This document shows, one piece after another, positions 15,941 through 24,836 of a stretch of DNA of 64,000 nt. Each line of letters starts with the position of its first letter. Position 1 is the first letter of the stretch. The DNA comes from an uncultured Anaerolineales bacterium (GTDB lineage: Bacteria > Chloroflexota > Anaerolineae > UBA7937 > B3-Chlor). The translations under genes and the position numbers were made by a program. The stretch lies in NCBI GenBank assembly GCA_964347945.1, contig CAYGAW010000055.1, forward strand, positions 4,787-68,786, in the 5' to 3' direction. A model generated the notes under the pieces. It did not search any database. It had not been told where the DNA came from and saw only the letters and a list, made by a program, of their open reading frames with translations.

Positions 15941-18007
15941 ATGTCACCCACGGATGGAAAAAGGGGCTTGCTTCGCAGGCTCAAGGACACGGATGTAGCC
16001 GAGACTCCCGAGGAGAAGGAGCGGGAGCAGCCAGAGCCCGGTAGAGACCCGGGTTCTCGGACGCCGGAGACCTCCCAGTCCGAGAGACCAGTGGAGATCG
16101 TGCGCAGACACGGGATGGACCCTGAGGAGTTGCAGGCCCTCTCTGATTCTGTCAGGACTGACGATGAGTTCCTTGCTCCGGGAGAGGCACTTGCAGGCAG
16201 GTATGAGATACTGAGGTTCCTTAGCAAAGGGGGTATGGGGGCCGTCTACCAGGCTCGCGACAATCGATTTGCCGACGTTAACAAACTGGTAGCCGTGAAG
16301 GAGATGATTAGCCCCGTCCGCGACACCGTGACAGGGAGGATCAGCCTGGAGACCTTTGAGCGCGAAGCCAACATATTGGCTAGCCTGAGTCACCCCGCCA
16401 TACCCAAGGTCTTCGACTACTTTCATCACGAGCGCCGAGTATATCTGATTATCGAGTACATCGAAGGGACTGATCTCGAATCCTTGCTGACTGAGATCGA
16501 CTTCGCCCTCACCCAAGAGAAGGTCGTCGACTGGGCCCTTCAGGCTTGCGACGTTCTGTCCTACCTCCACAGCCACAAGCCAAACCCCATCGTGTTCCGT
16601 GACATGAAGCCCTCCAACATCATGCTCAGGGAAGATGGACGGATCATGCTCATAGACTTCGGAATCGCAAAGGTGTTCCAGGCGGGCAAACGGGGCACCA
16701 TGATTGGCACGGAAGGATACTCGCCACCAGAGCAGTACCGAGGTGTAGCCGAGCCGAGAGGAGACATCTACGCTCTGGGAGCCACGTTGCACCATCTCAT
16801 GACTCGCAGGGACCCCCGCAAAGAACCTCCATTCACATTCCACGATCATCCCATTCGGGACTACAATGTGACGGTGACTGCTGACTTTGAGACCACGATA
16901 TTCAAGGCTCTTGAGTATGAGGTTGAGGATCGCTACGCATCGGCAGAAGAGATGAAGCGGGCACTGGTAAGAGTCTTGGCAGGTTCGCCCCGGGCTACGG
17001 ACTCGCTGGTCTACACCCGCACTCTGTTGGCGCAAGATGTATCACCTATCTGGTCGTTCAACGCAGCGGACGAGATCCGAGCTACGCCGACGGTGGTTGA
17101 GGGTGCCGTCTTGTTCGGTTCCTATGACAACAACCTGTACTGCTTGGATGCAAAGACGGGAAAGGAACGCTGGAGCTACACCACCGACGGTGGAATTGTG
17201 TCGTCCCCATCCGTGTGGAGTGAGACCGCTTTCTTCGGCTCTGAGGATCAGGTATTGTATGCGGTATACACTCGCACCGGACGGATAGTGTGGACTTGTC
17301 CTACCGACGGAAAGATTCGGTCGTCTCCAAAGGTAGAGTATGATCACGTCTTCTTCGGTTCCGATGACCACCACCTGTATGCGGTAAGCGGCAAATCAGG
17401 GCAGGAGCTGTGGCGATTCGCCGCAGGAGGCCCCATACGTTCTTCGCCCGTGATCGCTGGCGAAATCATCATCTTCGGTTGCGATGATGGTAGTGTCTAC
17501 GCTCTCGACGTGCAGAGCGGCGAATCTAGGTGGCAGTACCACGCCGGACCGGCGCTGCAGTCGTCTCCCACCGTGGCGGGTGATATGGTGTTCATTGGAT
17601 CGGATGACCGCTGTATCTACGCCTTGGACCTCTCAAACGGCTGGGCCGTGTGGCGCTATCGGACCAAAGGCAAGGTCATATCTTCGCCTCTGGTCAGCGC
17701 GAACATGGTGTGGTGCGGTTCGAACGACCACCATCTCTATGCTCTGGATGCCAGAACCGGGGTGCTCAAATGGCAGTACAGCACTGAAGGCCCGGTGGTG
17801 TCTTCACCTAGACTGGCCGAGGGAGCAGTCTACATTGGATCTGTTGACGGGCATCTCTATTGCGTGGATGCCAAGACGGGAACTCTCCTCTGGCGATTCC
17901 GGACCGACGGAGCCATCACGGGCTCGCCTGGTGTGAGCGAGGGCATTGTGTACATTGGTTCCACTGATCAGACGATGTATGCGCTGCCGACCAAGACGAC
18001 GGAATAG
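15941..18007 (+). CDS. Ser/Thr protein kinase fused to a PQQ-like beta-propeller
   Basis: Hanks kinase motifs (GGMGAVYQARD, VAVKEM, FRDMKPSNIML, DFGIAK) are followed by 7-8 repeats of the type LYALD..TG...W. No TM segment is visible between the domains. Confidence 0.85.
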   Translation: MSPTDGKRGLLRRLKDTDVAETPEEKEREQPEPGRDPGSRTPETSQSERPVEIVRRHGMDPEELQALSDSVRTDDEFLAPGEALAGRYEILRFLSKGGMGAVYQARDNRFADVNKLVAVKEMISPVRDTVTGRISLETFEREANILASLSHPAIPKVFDYFHHERRVYLIIEYIEGTDLESLLTEIDFALTQEKVVDWALQACDVLSYLHSHKPNPIVFRDMKPSNIMLREDGRIMLIDFGIAKVFQAGKRGTMIGTEGYSPPEQYRGVAEPRGDIYALGATLHHLMTRRDPRKEPPFTFHDHPIRDYNVTVTADFETTIFKALEYEVEDRYASAEEMKRALVRVLAGSPRATDSLVYTRTLLAQDVSPIWSFNAADEIRATPTVVEGAVLFGSYDNNLYCLDAKTGKERWSYTTDGGIVSSPSVWSETAFFGSEDQVLYAVYTRTGRIVWTCPTDGKIRSSPKVEYDHVFFGSDDHHLYAVSGKSGQELWRFAAGGPIRSSPVIAGEIIIFGCDDGSVYALDVQSGESRWQYHAGPALQSSPTVAGDMVFIGSDDRCIYALDLSNGWAVWRYRTKGKVISSPLVSANMVWCGSNDHHLYALDARTGVLKWQYSTEGPVVSSPRLAEGAVYIGSVDGHLYCVDAKTGTLLWRFRTDGAITGSPGVSEGIVYIGSTDQTMYALPTKTTE

Positions 18008-18064
18008 CTCAGTCACATTGACAGACTACGCGGGAACCGTCTGGGCTTCGATGCGAGGGACTGA

Positions 18065-18931
18065 TTGAGTTTCTGGGACAAGCTCCTCGGCAAGAGAGGC
18101 AGTAAAAGAGAACCTACGCTGCCCGAGAGGGCGACGGCTCCGCAACCAAGCCAGAAGGCAGATCCGCTTGAGATCGGACAAGGTACCCACATCGGCAGGA
18201 CCCGCGAAGCCAATGAGGACACCTTCTTGACGTTGAAGTCGGTGATCGGGGACGAAGCAGACCCTCTTGCCGTCGCGCTACTGATCGTCGCAGACGGCAT
18301 GGGGGGGCACATGAAGGGACAGGAGGCGAGTTCTCTTGCCATACGGGTGGCGGGCGAAGTCATCGTGAGAGAGGCCTTGCTACCCGTACTCTCACGTCGC
18401 GCATCCGAGATCGCCATTCGCCCTATTCACGAAATCCTGACCGAAGCCGCTGTGTCCGCCAATCAAGCGGTTGGAGAAATGGAATCGGATGCAGGAACAA
18501 CACTCACATGCGCCCTGGTGCTAGGACACAGCGCCTACGTGGCCCATGTCGGCGACACCAGAGTGTACTACCTGGATGACGACGGGCTGCAGCAGATCAC
18601 TCAGGACCACTCCCTCGTGAACAGACTCACGGAGTTGGGTCAGATCTCCGCCCAGGAGGCACAACATCATCCCCAACGCAACTTCCTGTATCGGGCCTTG
18701 GGACAGGGCCACGATCTGAAGGTCGACACCTATTCTCGGCGCCTCGAGACCGGCAGCCATCTCATCCTGTGCAGCGACGGCCTTTGGAGTGCAGTGTCCG
18801 ACGAAGAGATCGTAGACGTGATAGGGATTTCGTGTTGTCCCCAGGAAGCCTGCAATGAGCTCATTGCCCGCGCCAATGATCACGGCGGCGAAGACAACAT
18901 CACGATGATATTGGCCAAGATCAACTACTAG
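18065..18931 (+). CDS. PP2C-family Ser/Thr phosphatase
   Basis: LLIVADGMGGHMKGQEAS, GTTLTCALV, VAHVGDTRVY, LILCSDGLW and HGGEDNITMILAKI. Confidence 0.85.
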   Translation: MSFWDKLLGKRGSKREPTLPERATAPQPSQKADPLEIGQGTHIGRTREANEDTFLTLKSVIGDEADPLAVALLIVADGMGGHMKGQEASSLAIRVAGEVIVREALLPVLSRRASEIAIRPIHEILTEAAVSANQAVGEMESDAGTTLTCALVLGHSAYVAHVGDTRVYYLDDDGLQQITQDHSLVNRLTELGQISAQEAQHHPQRNFLYRALGQGHDLKVDTYSRRLETGSHLILCSDGLWSAVSDEEIVDVIGISCCPQEACNELIARANDHGGEDNITMILAKINY

Positions 18932-18945
18932 CAGAGGAGACCACC

Positions 18946-19212
18946 ATGGCCCGGAGGGTGATAGTCCACCTACTGAATGAAGATCCCGTTGTCGCCGAAC
19001 TGGAGAGATTGCCCGAACCTGGAGACACCAACATCGTAGTATTAGATCCTCGCCGCCAAGATGGAAAGCCCATCCACTACTTGAGCGATAGCGCGACGAC
19101 CGTCATGTTTCCCATGCACCGGGTGAGTTCAATTGAACTCTTCGCCGAAGAGATGGCGGTGGAAGAGGAAGTCAGAATCTACCGGGAAGACGAAGGCATT
19201 TCGTCGCGATAG
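18946..19212 (+). CDS. Hypothetical 88-aa protein downstream of the kinase/phosphatase pair
   Basis: The ORF starts 15 nt after the PP2C stop with a plausible GGAG upstream. I recognise no motif. Confidence 0.4.
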   Translation: MARRVIVHLLNEDPVVAELERLPEPGDTNIVVLDPRRQDGKPIHYLSDSATTVMFPMHRVSSIELFAEEMAVEEEVRIYREDEGISSR

Positions 19213-19222
19213 AACGCGCTCG

Positions 19223-20569
19223 CTACGTCCTCAGGCCGTCTGCCAGTTCAGCGTGCCTGGTCACGACGGATCCCAAGTCCAGAGTCAGAAGCTCGCCGTC
19301 CTCGACTATCACGCGGCCGTCGATGATAGACAGATCGACGCCAACGGGACCGCAGAGAACAGCGGCTGCTACGTGATCACAGGCTCCTGAGAACTCCAAC
19401 CGGTCTACATTGATGGCTATCAGATCGGCGCTCCTGCCTGGCGAAAGAGCTCCGATGTCGTCCCGTCCAAGGACCGCCGCGCCGCTCAGCGTGGCCATCT
19501 CCAGCACGGTGCGTGCACTCAGAGCAGTGGGGCCATGCTTGACCCTCTGCAGAAGCATGGCCATCCGGGCCTCGTTCAGCATGTGGGATGAATCGTTGCT
19601 CGCACTTCCATCGACTGCCAGGCCCACTTTGACTCCCAGTTCCCGCATGCGCGGCACAGGAGCAATACCCGAACCCAGACGCATGTTGGAGGTCGGACAG
19701 TGAGCGATTCCGGTGCCCGTTTGGGAGAACAGTCTCATCTCGTCGTCCACTAGATGGACCCCGTGGGCGTAGGAGACATCGTCGCCCAACCATCCCACGT
19801 CCGCCATGTACTGAACCGGCCGACGGCCATACTTCTGCTGGCAGAATTCCTCTTCGTCCAGAGTCTCCGCCACATGAGTGTGGCAATGGACACCATAGCT
19901 TTGGGCCAACTCACGGGAGCTGAGTAACAGGTCAGTTGACACTGAAAAGGGAGAACACGGCGCAATCATGATCCGGCACATGGAGTACGCCTCAGGATCG
20001 TGATATTCCTCTATCACGCGCCGACAGTCAGCGAGGATAGCCTCCTCATCCTCGACGACCTCGTCGGGGGGTAAGCCGCCTTCGGACTCACCCAGTGACA
20101 TGCTGCCTCTGCACGGGTGGAAGCGTATTCCAACCTCCCGAGCAGCACGAAGTTCGTCCTCAAGCTTGACCCCGTTTGGGAAAAGGTACAGCTGATCGAC
20201 GGCCGTCGTGCAGCCCGTGAGGACCAACTCCGACAAGCCCACCAGGGCACTGACGTAAACCGCTTCTGGAGTCAGCTTCGCCCAAATGGGATACAGATTC
20301 TGCAGCCAAGTGAAGAGAGGCGCATCCTGAGTGGAGGGCAAGCAGCGCGTCAGGGTTTGAAACAGGTGGTGATGGGTGTTGACCAAACCCGGCAGTACCA
20401 TCTTCCCCTCAAGATCGATGACCCTATCTGCCTCCCCTGGAAGCTCGCTTGTGCGGCCCACAGCCTGTATGACATTGTCCTTCAACAGGATGGCGCCCTC
20501 TTCAATCTCCCGCCGTTCTTCGTCCATAGTGACCAGGAGGTCAGCGTTTCTCAGAAGCAAAGTAGACAT
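19223..20569 (-). CDS. Amidohydrolase-superfamily deaminase (ATZ/TRZ, 8-oxoguanine-deaminase-like)
   Basis: LPGLVNTHHHLFQTLTR metal-binding motif near the N-terminus, later HCHTHVAE and LAVDGSASND. 448 aa. Confidence 0.7.
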   Translation of the reverse strand: MSTLLLRNADLLVTMDEERREIEEGAILLKDNVIQAVGRTSELPGEADRVIDLEGKMVLPGLVNTHHHLFQTLTRCLPSTQDAPLFTWLQNLYPIWAKLTPEAVYVSALVGLSELVLTGCTTAVDQLYLFPNGVKLEDELRAAREVGIRFHPCRGSMSLGESEGGLPPDEVVEDEEAILADCRRVIEEYHDPEAYSMCRIMIAPCSPFSVSTDLLLSSRELAQSYGVHCHTHVAETLDEEEFCQQKYGRRPVQYMADVGWLGDDVSYAHGVHLVDDEMRLFSQTGTGIAHCPTSNMRLGSGIAPVPRMRELGVKVGLAVDGSASNDSSHMLNEARMAMLLQRVKHGPTALSARTVLEMATLSGAAVLGRDDIGALSPGRSADLIAINVDRLEFSGACDHVAAAVLCGPVGVDLSIIDGRVIVEDGELLTLDLGSVVTRHAELADGLRT

Positions 20570-20776
20570 TCAGCCCATGACTCCTTTCTCCAATGTGCTG
20601 CGGTGCCGACCCCTAAATTCGGCAGTAGATATCCCACCACGACCTTGGCCCTCACTCCGCCCTCACCGCCCAGGCTTGGGATGGTTGCGTCAACCGCTTC
20701 TGCTCCCTACTCGGCCAACCCAGCTAGGGACATCAACCACCACTGCTCGTGGAGTCTATTAGCGCCCTCATTCGGC

Positions 20777-21238
20777 TCAGCCTCCGTTCAGAACCGTCGC
20801 GGAGGCGATTTCCCAGGTGTCATCGTGCTTATGTAAACTGATCTCCTTGGCTATCGGCTTCCCGCTCCTCGGAGAGACGACGACCCCCACTGTGGCTCGA
20901 TTCTGAGATGGATCCACGCTGACATCCTGTATGAATACATAGGATCGCCCCGGGTCGCGCACCCGGAAGTACTCTGCTTCACGATACTGTCTCTCATAGG
21001 CCGTGCCGACCAGCCACACGATTCTGGACCCATGCCCGAAGTCACCGCGGAACTCGCCTGGGGAGAGGCGGATGATGATGTCATCAACGTCTCGCCCCTG
21101 CTCATCCAGTTCGTGGGCCACGACAGCCCGCCGTATAGCGTCCCTTTCCGAGTTCCACCACCCCGCGCAGCCAGAAAGGCACAGAAGCGAAGTCACCAAG
21201 GCTGCGGCCACACAGCTCTTCACCGACGTCTTTTCCAT
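20777..21238 (-). CDS. Hypothetical lipoprotein
   Basis: Signal peptide with lipobox LCLSGC. I recognise no other motif. Confidence 0.5.
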   Translation of the reverse strand: MEKTSVKSCVAAALVTSLLCLSGCAGWWNSERDAIRRAVVAHELDEQGRDVDDIIIRLSPGEFRGDFGHGSRIVWLVGTAYERQYREAEYFRVRDPGRSYVFIQDVSVDPSQNRATVGVVVSPRSGKPIAKEISLHKHDDTWEIASATVLNGG

Positions 21239-21361
21239 CCAAATAGAGCCACTTCATGTCATGGCAGCTGTCAGGTCGTGGTGCACCGCAGCTGACTCTT
21301 GCTGCCCTCAACACAATAACCCTTCCCGAGCGGGAAGGGTTGTCGCTGCACGAGACGCCTC

Positions 21362-22502
21362 CTAAGTTTCCTGCGCCTCCGCGATTTCGTCTATGGTAGA
21401 CCTGAGGTACACCTCGATAAAGTCGTCCAGATCACCATCCAGTACGTTGTCTACGTCACCCCTCTCGTACCCGGTGCGGTGGTCTTTAACCATGGTGTAG
21501 GGATGCATGATGTAGGACCGGATCTGATTGCCCCACTCAGCCGACACGTGCTCGCCTTTGAGTCGAGCTTGCTCGTTCTCCCGTTCTCGTATCCGGCGCT
21601 CCAGCAGGCGCCCATGGAGCACCTTGAGGGCCATTGCACGATTCTGAGCCTGCGACCGCTCGTTCTGGCAGGTAGCTACGATTCCCGTCGGAACATGCAC
21701 GACACGTACAGCTGAGTCCGTCTTGTTGACATGCTGACCGCCTGCACTGCTGGAGCGAAACGTGTCAATCCGCAGATCATTTGGGTCGATATCAACCTCA
21801 GCGGCATCATCAATGCTCGGTAGAACTTCGACGAGTGCGAAAGAAGTGTGGCGACGGTGGGCAGCATCGAAGGGAGAGAGCCGCACCAAACGATGTACCC
21901 CCCTCTCCGCCTTGAGATAGCCGTAGGCGAAGCTTCCAGCTACCTCCATAGTAGCGCTCTTCAAGCCAGCCTCCTCGCCGGGGGAACTGTCAATGAGCCG
22001 AGTCTTGAACCCGCGGTTGTCGGCCCAGCGCATATACATCCTGGCCAACCTTTCCGTCCACTCCTGGGAATCCGTCCCCCCTGCACCGGCATGGATGGCG
22101 AGTAGGGCGCCGTCGCGATCATATTCCCCCTGGAAAATCAGGCGAAACTCAGAGCGATGCAAGTCCCGATTGAGCTGCTCCACATCAGCCTCTAGCTCCG
22201 TTTGCAGCTCTTCGTCGCCCTCTTCCGCCGCCAGGACGAGAAGTTCCTCCAGTTCCCCAGCGCGGCGCGCCAGCTCGTTCCATTCCTCAATCTCCTCCTG
22301 GAGGAAGGACAACCTCCGCGCAGCCTCCTGGGCCTCCACCTGGTCCGACCACAGGTCCGGCTGTGTCAGCCTTCTCTCTAGCTGACGGATTTCTTTCTCC
22401 TTGCCAGCTAGGTCAAAGACCCTCCTTTGTCTTGTCTATGCGCTGCTCTAGGCGGTTTAATGCCTCAACCAGGTTTTCCACACGCACCTCCACCAGTCTC
22501 AA
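21362..22502 (-). CDS. prfB: Peptide chain release factor 2, requiring a programmed +1 frameshift
   Basis: The main ORF 21362..22339 carries SPF and GGQ (SSSAGGQHVNKTDSAVR). A short frame-0 ORF (TTG 22502 or GTG 22493) reads ...VENLVEALNRLEQRIDKTKEGL and ends at CTT TGA C. The +1 frame continues DLAGKEKEIRQLERRLTQPDLWSDQVEAQEAARR. Confidence 0.9.
22412..22426 (-). other. prfB +1 frameshift site
   Basis: The reverse strand reads AGGAGG GT CTT TGA C. This gives the internal Shine-Dalgarno-like element, the CTT slippery codon, an in-frame TGA stop, and a following C, as in the classical RF2 autoregulatory site. Confidence 0.85.
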
Positions 22503-22503
22503 C

Positions 22504-23472
22504 CTAGACTGTCTGAAACGATGATTCTTCAAAGAGCCCTGCTATGAATTCCTCAGCATCGAACTCCGCCAAGTCATCTAGTTGCTCCCCCGTGCCTACA
22601 TACTTGATAGGGATCCCCAACTCGGAGGCGATGGCGAACACGATACCTCCTTTGGCGGTGCCATCTAGCTTGGCCAAGAAGATACCATTCACATCCACAG
22701 CCTCCTTGAAGTTCCGTGCTTGAGAGAGAGCATTCTGCCCTGTAGTGGCGTCTAGCACCAATAGGGTCTCCTGCGGCGCCCCCGGAATCCGATTCTTGAT
22801 CACCCGATAGATCTTTGCTAACTCCTGCATAAGGTTGTATTTCGTATGCAGGCGCCCGGCTGTATCCACAATAAGAGTCTCAGCTTTCCGCGCCTGACCA
22901 GCCTGGATCGCATCGTACACCACTGCAGCGGGATCTGCGCCCGGCTGATGAGCTACGACATCGACGCCTAGCCGCTCCCCCCATATCTGCAACTGCTCGG
23001 CGGCTGCCGCCCGAAATGTGTCCGCCGCCGCCAGTAGCACCTTCCGTCCTTGTTGCTGGTGCCAGTGAGCTAGCTTCGCGATACTCGTGGTCTTCCCAGA
23101 CCCGTTCACTCCCACCACCAGAATGATCCACAAGCCGTCTTGCGTGTCGATCGGCGAACTCACCCCCGCCTCGAAGCTGTCCACCAGCTTCTGCCGAAGC
23201 GCGTCCTCCACCAAACTAGCCCTATTCAGCCCCCTGGAGCCAGCTTCATCCCGCACAGCCTGGACAAGATCGATCGTCGTGGTCGCACCCACATCTGCCT
23301 GGATCAGCAGTTCCTCAAGCTCCTCCCACACCTCATCCGTCAGTTCATCCTGTGCGAGAAGCTTCCCGATCCGTCCGAAAAACGAGCGCCGGGTCCGAGT
23401 CAAGCTCTGTTCAATATTCTTTCCTCGTCCGAACACCTTCTCTCCTCTGCTAACTGGATGTCGGCACCACAC
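22504..23472 (-). CDS. ftsY: Signal recognition particle receptor FtsY
   Basis: ILVVGVNGSGKTTSIAKLA, LAAADTFRAAA, DTAGRLH and an SRP-GTPase C-terminal region. Confidence 0.9.
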   Translation of the reverse strand: MWCRHPVSRGEKVFGRGKNIEQSLTRTRRSFFGRIGKLLAQDELTDEVWEELEELLIQADVGATTTIDLVQAVRDEAGSRGLNRASLVEDALRQKLVDSFEAGVSSPIDTQDGLWIILVVGVNGSGKTTSIAKLAHWHQQQGRKVLLAAADTFRAAAAEQLQIWGERLGVDVVAHQPGADPAAVVYDAIQAGQARKAETLIVDTAGRLHTKYNLMQELAKIYRVIKNRIPGAPQETLLVLDATTGQNALSQARNFKEAVDVNGIFLAKLDGTAKGGIVFAIASELGIPIKYVGTGEQLDDLAEFDAEEFIAGLFEESSFQTV

Positions 23473-23587
23473 TCCGACGAATCACACTTCGAATTATACA
23501 AGATGGATTCCCCCCCTGCAACGAGATATGAATGCGCAAAGAAGGGCATTGTGCTACAATTGCACGGCGGAAGCAAAGAGCATCAGA

Positions 23588-24313
23588 ATGACTGAGAATG
23601 AGCAAGCAGTGTCCGTGGATTTGGTGATCCCGGTTTACAATGAGGAACGAGCCCTGGAACCGAGCGTAAGAGCTCTGCGCGCGTTCCTCCAAGAACGCTG
23701 CCCCTATAGGTGGCGCATCGTCATAGCCGACAACGCTTCCGTTGACCGCACTCTGGAGGTGGCCAAGACGCTGTCCTCTCTCTACCCGGAAGTGAGCTAC
23801 CTACACCTGGACCAGAAAGGGCGCGGCCGGGCTTTGCGACGCGCCTGGCTTGATAGCGAAGCTGATATCTTGAGTTACATGGATGTGGACCTGTCAACAG
23901 ATCTTGAGGCGTTTCCGTTGTTGGTCGACGGACTTGCCAAGGAGGGGTACCACATCGCTATTGGCTCACGTCTCAAGCACGGGGCGAGAGTGGAACGGCA
24001 GTTGAAAAGGGAGATCATCTCCCGGTGCTACAATGTGTTGATCAAGCTGATGTTCCGAAACAAATTCTCGGACGCGCAGTGCGGGTTCAAGGCGCTGACC
24101 CGACACGCTGTTCAAGACCTGGTACCGATAGTCAAAGACCAAGGTTGGTTCTTCGATTCGGAGCTGCTCCTTAGGGCTGAGCAGAAGGGATACCAGATCT
24201 ACGAGGTTCCTGTGCGCTGGATCGATGACCCGGACAGTCGGGTTAACGTCTTCCAGACCGCTTGGGGTGACTTCAAGGGACTTGTCAGGGTACGGTTCAC
24301 CTCCATCGAATGA
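23588..24313 (+). CDS. GT2 glycosyltransferase, polyprenol-phosphate sugar synthase-like (DPM1/GtrB/ArnC type)
   Basis: VDLVIPVYNEE, IVIADNASVDRT, a DVD motif (YMDVDLSTD) and SDAQCGFKAL. The ORF-track start at 23087 is an antisense extension over ftsY. ATG 23588 (MTENEQ) fits the family N-terminus. Confidence 0.8.
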   Translation: MTENEQAVSVDLVIPVYNEERALEPSVRALRAFLQERCPYRWRIVIADNASVDRTLEVAKTLSSLYPEVSYLHLDQKGRGRALRRAWLDSEADILSYMDVDLSTDLEAFPLLVDGLAKEGYHIAIGSRLKHGARVERQLKREIISRCYNVLIKLMFRNKFSDAQCGFKALTRHAVQDLVPIVKDQGWFFDSELLLRAEQKGYQIYEVPVRWIDDPDSRVNVFQTAWGDFKGLVRVRFTSIE

Positions 24314-24451
24314 GTTGCCAGAAGAGTAGAGAATGCCTTGGTCAGTGACTTGCCTGAAAACGATGGGGAGTGAGCGATTATCTTCACCCGTCGGTCTCGA
24401 CAGATTCTGCGCCCCTCTACCCCGCAACCGACCCCGTAGCTGGAGCGAGTG

Positions 24452-24736
24452 ATGGTCATCGGCGTATGCACGTTGGTACTAGACATACCTAGCAGCCATT
24501 CGCTGAAGGACAAACGTCGTGTCGTGAAATCGATTCTCGCCAAGGTGAGGAATCAGTACAACGTCTCCATCGCCGAGGTAGAAGCCAACGACTCCTGGCA
24601 ATCGGCCGTGGTGGGCATTGCCTGCGTTTCCAACGATGCGAGTCACGCCCACGGCCTACTCAGCAGAGTAGTCGAGACTATCAGCAACACCAGATTCGAA
24701 GCCCAGGTCGCCGACTACCACATAGAGATACTCTAG
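24452..24736 (+). CDS. DUF503 (YlxP-like) protein
   Basis: MVIGVCTLVLDIPSSHSLKDKRRVVKSILAKVRNQYNVSIAEVEANDSWQSAVVGIA matches the pattern I remember for DUF503. Confidence 0.7.
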   Translation: MVIGVCTLVLDIPSSHSLKDKRRVVKSILAKVRNQYNVSIAEVEANDSWQSAVVGIACVSNDASHAHGLLSRVVETISNTRFEAQVADYHIEIL

Positions 24737-24836
24737 CGCCCGTTCCTCCTACCGCCTGCTGACTCCATCACTTCGCTGTCTTGCGTCGACGTGTGACTCG
24801 TGTGATTATGTAAATGATCCGTCCGTGCTCGGCAGA

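Noticed and set aside
15944-17035. Very long antisense ORFs opposite real genes. Examples are 363 aa opposite the kinase (15944..17035), 418 aa opposite the LysM-GH gene (50892..52148), 296 and 300 aa opposite the GT-C paralogs (25998..26888 and 26794..27696), 280 aa at 42353..43195, and 258 aa at 44263..45039.
   Set aside because: The sense-strand products carry unmistakable family motifs. The antisense translations are rich in R, P, G, W and C with no motifs. This is the usual stop-codon-poor antisense frame of GC-rich coding DNA. No overlapping-gene claim can be supported from sequence alone.
20570-20776. A ~200-nt untranslated region upstream of the deaminase-like amidohydrolase, with short hairpins (GGTTG-ACG-CAACC and GCCGA-N9-TCGGC on the reverse strand). 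I considered it as a purine-type riboswitch.
   Set aside because: I could not match it to the purine, preQ1 or guanidine riboswitch cores as I remember them. The hairpins are short, and the region must also contain the terminator of the upstream lipoprotein gene. A covariance-model scan would be needed.
23087-23587. N-terminal 167 codons of the 408-aa ORF 23087..24313.
   Set aside because: This part is antisense to ftsY and has low-complexity S, R and P composition. The GT2 family N-terminus begins at ATG 23588 (MTENEQAVSVDLVIPVYNEE).
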